A DNA stretch of 64,000 bases. Origin: Nemertoderma westbladi. Lineage: Eukaryota; Animalia; Xenacoelomorpha. The notes under the pieces were generated by a model. The model saw only the letters and a list, made by a program, of their open reading frames with translations, had not been told where the DNA came from and did no database searches. The translations under genes and the position numbers were made by a program. Where the stretch lies: assembly GCA_032718475.1 (NCBI GenBank), contig JAUCBJ010001486.1, forward strand, positions 1-64,000. Reading direction: 5' to 3'. Position 1 is the first letter of the stretch, and the number at the start of each line of letters is the position of its first letter. Below are positions 1-11,122 of this stretch, in pieces.

Positions 1-2069
1 AGCTAGTTGTCTAACTAACCGGTGCGGTGTACATCTTCAATTAGTTGTCTAACTAACCAGTGTACATCTAAAATTAGTTGTCTAACTAACCAGTATACAT
101 CTACAATTAGTTGTCTAACTAACCGGTATACATCTACAGATAGTTGTCTAATTAATCGGGTTATATCTTCAATTAGTTGTCTAACTAGCAGGTGTACATC
201 TACAATTAGTTGTCTAATTAACCAGTGCACATCGACAATTAGTTGTCTAACTAACCAGTGTACATCTACAGCTAGTTTTCTAACTAACCGGTATACATCT
301 ACAACTAACTAACCGGTATACATCTACAGTTAGTTGTCTAACTAACCAGTGTACATATACAGCTAGTTGTCTAACTAACCAGTGTACATCTACAGCTAGT
401 TTTCTAACTAACCGGTATACATCTACAACTAACTAACCAGTGTACATCTACAGTTAGTTGTCTAACTAACCAGTGTACATCTACAGTTAGTTGTCTAACT
501 AACCAGTGTACATCTACAGTTAGTTGTCTAACTAACCGGTTTAGATCTACAGATAGTTGTCTAACTAATCGGGTTACATCTTCAATTAGTTGTCTAACTA
601 ACCAGTGTACATCTAAAATTAGTTGTCTAACTAACCAGTATACATCTACAATTAGTTGTCTAACTAACCAGTGTACATCTACAGTTGGTTGTCTAATTAA
701 CCAGTGTACATCTACAGTTGGTTGTGTAACTAACCGGAGTAGTAGGCGTTTGGTCCGGTCCATTAGTTGTCTAACTAACCGGTCTAGATCTACAGTTGGT
801 TGTCTAACTAACCGGTATACATTTACAGATAGTTGTCTAACTAATCGGGTTACATCTTCAATTAGTTGTCTATCTAACCAGTGTACATCTACAGCTAGTT
901 GTCTAACTAACCAGTGTACATCTACAATTAGTTGTCTAACTAACCAGTGTACATCTACAGCTAGTTGTCTAACTAACCGGTCTAGATCTACAGTTGGTTG
1001 TCTAACGAACCGGTATACATCTACAATTAGTTGTCTAACTAACCAGTGTACATCTACAATTAGTTGTCTAACTAACCAGTATACATCTTCAATTAGTTGT
1101 CTAACTAACCAGTGTACATCTAAAATTAGTTGTCTAACTAACCAGTATACATCTACAATTAGTTGTCTAACTAACCGGTATACATCTACAGATAGTTGTC
1201 TAACTAACCGGTATACATCTACAGATAGTTGTCTAATTAATCGGGTTATATCTTCAATTAGTTGTCTAACTAGCCGGTGTACATCTTCAATTAGTTGTCT
1301 ATCTAACCAGTGTACATCTACAGCTAGTTGTCTAACTAACCAGTATACATCTACAATTAGTTGTCTAACTAACCGGTTTAGATCTACAGATAGTTGTCTA
1401 ATTAATCGGGTTATATCTTCAATTAGTTGTCTAACTAACCAGTGTACATCTACAATTAGTTGTCTAACTAACCGGAGTAGTAGGCGTTTGGTCCGGTCCA
1501 TTAGTTGTCTAACTAACCGGTCTAGATCTACAGTTGGTTGTCTAACTAACCGGTATACATTTACAGATAGTTGTCTAACTAATCGGGTTACATCTTCAAT
1601 TAGTTGTCTATCTAACCAGTGTACATCTACAGCTAGTTGTCTAACTAACCAGTATGCATCTACAGTTAGTTGTCTAACTAACCAGTGTACATCTACAGTT
1701 AGTTGTCTAACTAACCAGTATACATCTTCAATTAGTTGTCTAACTAACCAGTGTACATCTACAATTAGTTGTCTAACTAACCAGTGTACATCTACAATTA
1801 GTTGTCTAACTAACCAGTATACATCTACAATTAGTTGTCTAACTAACCAGTATACATCTACAATTAGTTGTCTAACTAACCAGTGCACATCTACAATTAG
1901 TTATCTAACTAACCGGTATACATCTACAGGTAGTTGTCTAACTAACCAGTGCACATCTACAATTAGTTGTCTAACTAACCAGTGCACATCTACAATTAGT
2001 TGTCTACCTAACCGGTCTACATCTACAGTTAGTTGTCTAATTAACCAATGTACATCTACAGTTAGTTGA
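1..2069. repeat. 33-bp tandem satellite (approx. AGTTGTCTAACTAACCAGTGTACATCTACAATT), upstream of the first visible ion channel exon and probably intronic
   Basis: About 60 tandem 33-bp units, giving 11-aa periodic spurious ORFs on both strands; the array runs off the window start. Confidence 0.97.
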
Positions 2070-2117
2070 CTAAACTGCTGAAATTAACAGTTAAGCTGTC
2101 TATCTAACTTATTTCAG

Positions 2118-2275
2118 GATACAAAGAGACAGCGGTTCCATATGAAGATCTTAGTAAAACAAACTTGGACCAATCAATTACTAGCATGGAACCGTTCTGA
2201 ACTCCAATTGGATAGCGCCAAAGTCCTACTACCCAATCCCGCTGTTTGGTTACCAGACACAACATTCAAAGAGTT
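2118..2275 (+). CDS. nAChR-like pentameric ligand-gated ion channel subunit, internal exon (loops D and A); 5' exons lie outside the window
   Basis: tttcag acceptor and gtaag donor; reads DTKRQRFHMKILVKQTWTNQLLAWNRSE...AVWLPDTTFKE with the pLGIC WxPD motif; ends in phase 2. Confidence 0.88.
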
Positions 2276-2736
2276 GTAAGTTGGTTCAACTAGAATGAGT
2301 AATAGAGTATTACTACATCAATCCGTGCTGGGCCAGTTGAGTAACTGTGAAGGTGCAAATCATTTAAAGACTGATCATCATAATGCTCGGGTCACACTAT
2401 ACTGTAGTTGACCGCGGTACCATCAAGCTAATTTAGAGAGTTCGGTACAGTAGTTGTGTTGCCTTATTAATCGTATGTAATTATTGGCAATTCAATGAAT
2501 TAATTATGGAAAATGTTGCATGTTCTTTGTCGTACCTTTGGAGAGATAAGAACTATTACCCCAGTACCGAGAGCAGGTGGTGGCTTGGCAATTATTGCGC
2601 CTGTTGTGGTTAACCAACTCCCGACGAGTAATCCATTAATCAAACTTTCTAAGTTCATCATTTAAATTCTACGCTGACTTAAAATAGATTGCAAGTTCTG
2701 CAATCACCTTCGACGGCGTCACTTATTTCTCTTTAG

Positions 2737-2933
2737 GATTAGTTCGAGTGATAATAAGACTTCAGTAACGGTTGATTACAATGGGACTGTGACGTATATT
2801 ATGACAAGCGCCATCTGGTTCGTCGCCTTTCTTGATGTCACGAACTTCCCTTGGGATTGTCATGACGTCAGTCTAACGTTTGTGTCTCTCTTTTACGATT
2901 CCAACTTAATTATTCTGGAACAAACAGTTGATG
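2737..2933 (+). CDS. pLGIC exon with the Cys/Pro-loop and loop B
   Basis: ctttag acceptor and gttagt donor; reads VTVDYNGTVTY...AFLDVTNFPWDCHDVSLTFVSLFYD; phase matches both neighbouring exons. Confidence 0.88.
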
Positions 2934-3139
2934 GTTAGTGATGGTTACTATGGCTACAATAGCTATTGTGTATGAAAACTCTAAATACGCCTTAAAATAA
3001 TATCGCAAATCACTAATTGGTAGTGAGTGGAATTAGCCATATAATTACATAGCGGATGTGATTTGAGCAATGTACACAGACCTACATACAGTATATACAA
3101 TTTATCTTTAACAAAATTTTATAACATTTCCCCTTACAG

Positions 3140-3331
3140 CTGATTTGCCTGACCGTTTACTATATAGTAACCACAACGAGGAGTGGCAGACTGGTTCATA
3201 CGTGTTCACTTCCGGTGTCACGTGTCACGAGGAAACACCTAGTAATTGTAAACGGAATTTTACCACTATCGTCTACACAGCGCAGATACTTCGACGTCCA
3301 GCTATATATATTATGAATATGATTATACCTG
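3140..3331 (+). CDS. pLGIC exon with loop F, loop C and pre-M1
   Basis: ttacag acceptor and gtaggt donor; reads NEEW...CHEETPSNC...ILRRPAIYIMNMIIP, matching nAChR RRPLxYxxNLIIP. Confidence 0.88.
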
Positions 3332-3454
3332 GTAGGTGAAGGTGGTACGTGTGTTTATGCTCCTGGGGGGGGGGGGGGGGGGGGGGGGCTTATTTATCAA
3401 AGAAGTTATACATTAATTATTATAGAGTAGAGAATGGAGAATAGTCTAATCAGT

Positions 3455-3590
3455 AATAGGGTTGGTGCGCGGAAACAATTGTTGGGCTAGAAACAACCGA
3501 ATATGGGGTAACAAGGTGCTCTGAATCGAGTGGCGGGGTGTGTTTTTTGTAAAAAGACGATGGAACGGTCGAAATGGCGGGTTTAATTTA
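3455..3590 (+). mobile_element. Partial terminal arm of the AATAGGGTTG MITE family
   Basis: Similar to 5447-5580 and 12826-12970. Confidence 0.7.
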
Positions 3591-3720
3591 AAAAATCGGC
3601 TAAAAAATCGACTACTCGCAATTAATTCACAGTAAAAATATTTTCAGTTATTATAACAATTATAGGATAAAATATTTGTTATTATTATAATATTATTGTA
3701 ACTATTAGTACTACTAATAC

Positions 3721-4322
3721 TATTACTACTACTACTAGGTCGAGCGAACTCGGACAGTGGAAATAAGATCCTTCCAGGCTTACCAATTCTCATTAGTTGT
3801 CGCAATTTCGTTTCTCCCAAGTTCAGTATCCCTTTCAAGTTGATCTATATGTTATGGTCGGTCGTCCACGACTACGCTTTCCATGAGTTGGTTGCCAGAA
3901 AAGTAGATCTGGTATGACCTCGTCTTTACTTCGCCAGCAGTGCCCACTGAATCTTAATCTGCGTTCACGGAGGGTGGTTGATATAGGTGGTATTGTACCA
4001 TAATGCTCAGCGTTTGTCATGTTTTGTCTCCAGCTGTTATTTAGGGATGCCTTTAGTAGTCTTGTGTAGCAACCATCAATTCGTTGTTGAAGTGATTTGG
4101 TCAGTGTCCAGGTCTCACTCGCGTATTAAAGAACAGTCTCTTGTAGAGTCTCTTGGAGTTTCCTGTACACTTCACTTACACCTCAGGTGCCTGGGGAGAT
4201 CTGATTTCCAGATGGTATTAATTTTTGATAGAGCTACCCATGCCTTTGCTTTCCTAACTTCTATGTCTTTGCGACTCTCTATCCATGACCCAAGGTACTG
4301 GAAGTCGTCAACCTTCCTTGTT
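3721..4322 (-). mobile_element. RTE-clade LINE family A, 3' fragment with (TAG)n tail
   Basis: Encodes LRERRLRFSGHCWR...GRP; similar to 47470-47667 plus 52223-52621. Confidence 0.88.
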
Positions 4323-4329
4323 GATTATA

Positions 4330-5003
4330 TCCTATATTCCTTGCAGATCAGTATACGATGGTTCTACAACATTTGTGTCTACTGTTGACGGTGACACGGA
4401 ACCATGTGTTATGGAGCGGGGAGTCCTCCATGGAGAAACACTTGCACCATTCTTGTTCATAATCGTAGTGACTATGTTCTATGCATGTCCTTAGATCATC
4501 ATAATGATGATGGGGTGATGGTAAATCCTCCAACTGGCTCCAGAACTCGAGGAAATCATGTGAAGTCCCTAACTGATCTAGGCTTCGCTGAAGACTTAGG
4601 AGCACTTACAGAATCACTAGAGGGAGCCCAACGGTTCCTCACCTCATTAGATCAGGCTGCTTCTAGTGTTAGTCTTTTTATTAACTCCAAAAAGACCAAA
4701 ATTTTGATACTTAACCTTGAAAGTGCTCAGCAAGTCTCTGACAGGATGAGCATAAGCTCATAGGATGGTATGCTTGAGCATGTGGACGTCTTCTGTTACC
4801 TGGGATCATGGATCCAAAAGTCAGATGAGGACCTTTGAATATGTTAGCGAAAGGCATGGGGAGCCTTGAATGGGCTTTCCAGGATTTGGAAGTCACATAG
4901 AATTCATCGGAAACTTAAGGTCAGATTATTTAGAGCATCATTAGTTCCAGTACTCATCTATGGGAGTCCATGCTGGGATCTAACTGCTGAGGACACCAAA
5001 TCC
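4330..5003 (+). mobile_element. RTE-clade LINE family B, degenerate RT fragment
   Basis: GVLHGETLAPFLFII and DLGFAED motifs; similar to 17700-18390 in opposite orientation. Confidence 0.85.
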
Positions 5004-5007
5004 TTAT

Positions 5008-5368
5008 AAAAATACAATCCCCACTGTAGCTCGAAAGAACACAGTCTTCAGGTGCCTGGAGAGATCTGATTTCCAGATGGTATCCATTTTTGATAGAGCT
5101 ACGCAAGCCTTTGCTTTCCTAACTTCTATGTCATTTTTCATTTTTGCTACTCTCTATAGATGATCCTAGGTACTGGAAGTCGTCGACCTCCCTTAGTTGA
5201 TTATTAGCAATGGTTGTCAAGTTTCCATCAACATTAAAGGTCATGAATTCGTTATTGGTAGCATTTATATGCAATCCAACCTCCTTAGCAGCCCTCTCCA
5301 CTTTATTTAGTAGAAGCTGTGCATCTGCTAGGGTATTAGAGAGCAGGGCGATGTCATCCGCAAAGTCA
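5008..5368 (-). mobile_element. RTE family A RT fragment (second copy)
   Basis: DFADDIALL...VDDFQYLGS; similar to 47300-47655. Confidence 0.85.
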
Positions 5369-8106
5369 TATTTATATTCCAAAGCGTCATAACTCATTTT
5401 CTATGGTTTGGACGACTTGCTCTAAACATATAGCTTACTGTAACTCAATAGGGTTGGTGCACGAAAAATTTGTCGGGCTAGAAACAATCGAATAAGGGGT
5501 AACAAGGTGCTCTGAATCGAGTGGCGTGGTGTGTTTTTGTAAAAACGCGAGGAAACGGTCGAAATTGCGGGTTTAAGTAAGCACGGAAAGCTAATTATGA
5601 AAATTGGATGTGATCGGCTGCTACATATTTGACGTCATTAGGCAATGATCTGATCTTGGTTTGATATTTTTTATCTTGGTTTGATGGTTTCTATGGATCG
5701 AGATTTTCGATCGATTCAAATACATATTAAATCTCAATCATTTCACACGTGTGGCTTGATGGCTTATATAAATTGAAAGCGGAGAGTCTTGCGCGTCTTT
5801 TGATACTAGAATTAATTTAATTTATGGTCAGGAACATTGATAAAATGCTGTATCCAAATGTATTTCCAGTAGCAATACCGGTACTGCATTCCAATCTGTA
5901 TCGATTACGGTAAGGCCGACAGATTAGATTTAAAATAACATTGAAACTTGTAATACCGGTCAGCCGGTACTATAATAATTGGCAGTAGGCTACTCGAATA
6001 TTTAAAATGTGTACCGGTCACCGGTAGACCCAATTTAATGAAGCTGAAATATTCAGACAGTGCAATAGGCTGATAGGGCTGGGCTGAATCAAGTGAACCA
6101 ACCGATCAGGTAATGTGTCGAGTTTGCAATTGTGAACAGCATTCTATCAAACTTCCTCGTCATGAATTTATCTAATTATAGTGCCAAAAGATGCGCAAGA
6201 CTCTCCGTTTTAAATTGATTTAAGCCATGTGTGAAATGATTGAGATTTAATGTATATTTGAATCGATCGAATATCTCTCTCTATAGAAATCAATATAAGA
6301 AATTATCAGATCACTGCGTAATGTCGTCAAATGTTTTTTTTTTTATTATTAAGCCATGGTAGTGGCACTTCAAATAACGTAAAACCAATCATAATTAATT
6401 ATTATTAAAACATACCGATGATACACACATTAAATAAAATAATTTAAAATGGTCATTCAGATGGAATTCAGTTTATTTACCCCAATAGGATAGAGATTCT
6501 TTGTTTTCCCTGCATTCAGTTAAGTGGTATAAGGTGGAAGCTGTTTCGTGGCAGAGTTTACAGATGCATCTGTCAGTGGGTTTATGGTATCCAGATGTAG
6601 TACAAATACGGTGATGAAACCCATGGGCTGAAATACGTGTGGTTAAATGTCTTTGGCTGCAGTTTGCCTCCTTCCATATATTGTTCGAAAATACTTGTGC
6701 AGCCCAAAATTCAGATGGAATTTCGGCGAGTTTTCTTATAATTGTGTCATAATACTTCCGGTATTCATTTGTTTCTTGAAGATTTAGGCGTTTCATTGGA
6801 CTGATCGATAAAGGTTCTTCATTGCACATAGCTAAGACTATCCGGTTTTGAGCTGATTTATGTAAACATAGAGCACGTTTGAGATACGTTGACTTTATTT
6901 TGTCGAGTGAGTGTAGGTTAGAAGCGGATAGCAGTGGCCAAATGATTTTCAAACTGTAAGTAACGATTGGTAAGATTTTAATTTTAAATAATTTCAGTGG
7001 TGTAGTAAGAGATAGATTCTTTGGATTTTTGATCGAGTGAACCGATGAAATAGCTTTGGTTACCGTCTTAAGAATGTGTCGAGTAAATGACAATGTTGGT
7101 TGAAATACAACGCCCAGGTAAGTATATGAGTTCGTAATTCTGACGGGATCACCATTGAATATAAATTTGTCTGCACCAGATAACCTTCCTCCCCTTCTAA
7201 ACTTTATTATTTCTGTTTTATTCAGGTTAACTTGGAGGCCGTTTATGTGTGCCCATTGGCAGGTCGCGTCTAAGGCTGCCTGAAGGTTTTCTCGCGAATC
7301 GGAATATAATAGGAGATCATCCGCAAATAAATAAATTACAACTGCAATGGTTACCCTTTTGATAAATAAATTAAGGCCAATATATATAAAATAAATAAAA
7401 ATTGGCTGAGTGTGTCGCCTTGTAGAACCCCTTGCATCTGGCTAATAATTTTTTTTGATTTTCGAAGGCCATCAAATATTTCGATATAATTTTTACTCAG
7501 CAATCGCTTTAATTAATTTCAGTAGGCGCCCATTTACCTTGAATAAAAATTCTAGTTTGTATAAAAGTCGCGATCTCGGGACCGAGTCGAACGCCTTCCT
7601 GAAATCAATGAAGGCAGCGTAAGGTTCCGAAAGATTAAATTTGATTCTATTTATTAGTTCTTGTAGCGGTTGTTGAGTGGACCGTCCGGGCATAAAGCCA
7701 AGTTGTTCCGGTGGAATTTTCCGGTTCAAAAATTCGCGCAGTCTTTTCGTCACTAATCCTGTTACTATTTTGTAAGGGTTACACAGTAGCGATATACCCC
7801 GATAACAATTCGTGTCGTCCCGAGAACCTTTGCCCTTGAACAGAACTTTCATAAGGCTATTTTTCCATACAGTTACTAGGCGCCCCGTCGCTAGACACAT
7901 TTTCAATGTTTCATAAGGTAATCCATCGGGACCTCCCGATTTACCATTGGGTTTACTTAGAAATTCATTCTTTATTTTTTCCTCGGTAAAATTCCTGTTA
8001 CAAGCGTCGTTGACGTCATCTATTCCAAGGTCAATATCCTCCAGGTCATACAACTCAGGATTTGTACTATTGATTTGTATATGAGAGTCTCTGGGAGGAT
8101 CCAGTT

Positions 8107-11100
8107 GGAAGCAGGACAATTCGGTCCCGGACAATTCGGTCCGGACAATTCGGACCCGGACAATTCGGTCCCGGACAATTCGGTCCCATTAATTTTGTGT
8201 TTTGGGACCGAATTGTCCGGGACCGAATTGTCCGGGACCGAATTGTCCGGATACTGACTAGGACAATTCGGTCCCAAAACATGCATATTAATGGGACAGA
8301 ATTGTCCGGGACCGAATTGTCCGGGACCGAATTGTCCAGGACCGAATTGTCCGGGACCAAATTTAATTGGTACTATACAGCTATATAATGGTGAATGTTC
8401 TAGAACCTTAATATATATTATTATATGATAGCTAGTGTTTTTTTTTACTAGCTAGTATTTTTTTAAAAATAAAAAAAATTTACTTTTTTTTGTTAACATT
8501 ATTATTTTTGGTAGCTATGGTGTTTTATGGAGCTTGTGATTTATTTACTAGCTAGTAATAGTATGTATTTAAAATGTTTAAAGCTGATTTTTTTTATATA
8601 CTGCGTAAGTATAATGTACAGTATGTGCCGTTGGTTGGTAACAAGCCTAAATTATTATCCTAGATAATGCGAATTTATTCAAATTTTACGATTTTCAGAC
8701 TAAATAGATTATACTTGCAATAATAGTTAACAATAAATATTGCAAATTGATGTTGAGTTAATATTTATAGAGTAATAGTAATATTTATTTATACAGTTGT
8801 GTAGAGCGCGTCCAGTTGTTTCTTGAACTTAAGAGCCGATGCGTTGCCAATGAAGAGCCCAAGCAGCCGGTCAATACTGCGCGGGGATGTCGTGACCTCG
8901 CAGACCCGCACCATCCCCGAACCCCAAACCGCGCCATGATCGTCGTCCGCCACGGAGGCAGAGGGAACTGGACCGGAGGAGGGCGAATTGAAGGCGCCGC
9001 CGGACACCACCCAAAACACACGCGAGGCCCCTTTCCCTCATCCCTTGGTGTTTAGCAACGAGAGCCTCGGCGATGTGTTTTAACAGTATCTGGGCCTCTC
9101 GGCACCAGACACCATCTGTTGTTCCGACCAGGGGGGTAAATGACATCCTCCGGTCCTCACATACGGTGCGTTAGTGGCGCATCTTATAGCGGCAGCGCTC
9201 GTCTAGCAGCGACTCGGTTGAACGGTTGGCCTGGGCATAAGAGGTGGCGTCAGCATTTAATACAGCAATGTCGAACGACGCCACCCGTTGAGAAGCCCAG
9301 ACCCCACGTGCAACCAGGTCGGCCCGAACGCCACCGACCACAAAACCGGCCCTGTCCAGGTGACCCCGCGACAGGGTCACCTCCCGCTCCACACTCGAAG
9401 GTCCGACAACGGAGGAGAGAAGGTCTCCGAAGACGTCCCGGACCTCGTCGTGCCTTTTAACGACCAGTCCCCCCGACTTGCAGCTTAGTGCGTGGGTGGT
9501 GGAGAACTCGCCCCCACAACCCTCACACGTAGCTGGCAAACCGGGAGGGACCAGGCCGTACCAGAGCGCGAGGTTATCGCGGAACTCCTCTGCACTAAGA
9601 TCTGTACCGTCCAGTACTGACGGCTGGGCGGTCAGCCAACCACCGGTCTTATTATTAACCGCCCGCTCGACAGTTCTGCGTCGGTGGGCAGGGAGGCTTT
9701 GCAGGGCAGTATCCCTTTTCTCGAGAAACGTGGTCTCTTGTTCTTCCCTCGATCGCTTGAGGGCCTGGTTGAGTTGGTGGACGTGCTCGGGTACAAGGAG
9801 CGGCGTGCCGGAACGTAGGGCCTCAGTTACCAGGGACGTCCCCTCAGTGGAGGCTGCCCTGGCTGGGTCGCGGCGCAACAGAGGGTCGCGGAAGCCAACC
9901 CCTCCGTGACGGGCGGGGAGCAGGATGAGGTCCTCATCGGCAGCGCCTAGTGGAGTCCCGAAGATTGCGGGTACAAAATGTTGGAGGAGAACGGAACGGA
10001 TGGGCGCGATTTCCTCATCGGCAGTCGGTACCACGCGCAGTAGGTAGTCCCACTCAGCTTGGACACACAAGGTGACCCCCGTGTGGGCGGACTGGGGATA
10101 TTCACTGGCGACCGTCGAGAGCTTCTTGATACTGTCCACCCAACCAGCTACCTTCTCCCCCACAAAAGCCTTACGGTCCGCGGGCTCCCCGATGAAGCCC
10201 CCAAGGAACCGGTGGCCACTCACGATCTGGACACCCGTGTCACCGAACAACTCCCTCGCCTCAGCCTCGTAACCTGGTTTCACGACGAGGAAGCTCTTGG
10301 TCGGCTCCGGAGTGTAGCCTATCTGGGGGCCGACCCCCGTCAACTCGTCCCACCACAGGCGTATTTTGGCGAGTTTACCGGCAGAGGCCAAGTCATCTGC
10401 GTACCAGCACTGACGCTGGCGGCCGATGTGAGGTTGGGGATCTAGGAGTCGTGGACTAGTAGATGAACAAATGATGGACATAGATGGACATAATAGCTGG
10501 ATCTCATTCAGGGACGGTTAATATCATCAATATTGGTGGTAATTAATATAATCAGCAACAGTTTAGGCCTAATTCTGAAATATCAATGTTTTCACAAGTG
10601 TTTTTATAATTTCAAGGAAATGCTAGCTAGTAGAAAAAACACTAGCTACACCTTAATAAATAATATATAATAATGTTCTCGAACACTTACAATAACAAAA
10701 ATAAAAATAAAAACAGTATTTTTAAAATTTCAAAAAATTCTAGCAAGTAAATAACACTAGCTACCATAAAAAAATATCTCTACTAATGTTCCAGAACATT
10801 CACCAATATCAAAAAAGTACTAAAATGTTGCTATCATGAACCGGACAATTCGGTCCCGGACAATTCGGTCCCGGACAATTCGGTCCCGGACAATTCGGTC
10901 CCGGACAATTCGGTCCTAGGACAATTCGGTCCTAGGACAATTCGGTCCTAGGACAATTCGGTCCCGGACAATTCGGTCCCGGACAATTCGGTCCCATTTA
11001 TTTAGTGTATTGGGACCGAATTGTCCGGGACCGAATTGTCCGGGACCGAATTGTCCGGGACCGAAATGTCCGGACCGAATTGTCCGGGACCGAATTGTCC

Positions 11101-11122
11101 AGGACCGAATTGTCCTACATCC
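8107..11122. mobile_element. Foldback/Mutator(MULE)-like non-autonomous DNA transposon with modular TIRs built from 15-bp repeats (GGACAATTCGGTCCC)
   Basis: Termini GGAAGCAGGACAATT and AATTGTCCTACATCC; 9-bp TSD GATCCAGTT at 8098-8106 and 11123-11131; AT-rich subterminal inverted segments. Confidence 0.85.
8782..10425 (-). mobile_element. 5'-truncated CRE-like non-LTR retrotransposon (restriction-like endonuclease class)
   Basis: YADD, LPARHGGVG, CxxC...H...C, RHDEVRD, RADL...FD and FTPLV motifs; one in-frame TAA at 9171-9173; ORF ends at 8871; GC-rich against AT-rich flanks. Confidence 0.85.

Noticed and set aside
15-2069. Long ORFs of 439-494 aa on both strands
   Set aside because: Translations of a 33-bp satellite whose unit length is a multiple of 3; no evidence of coding function
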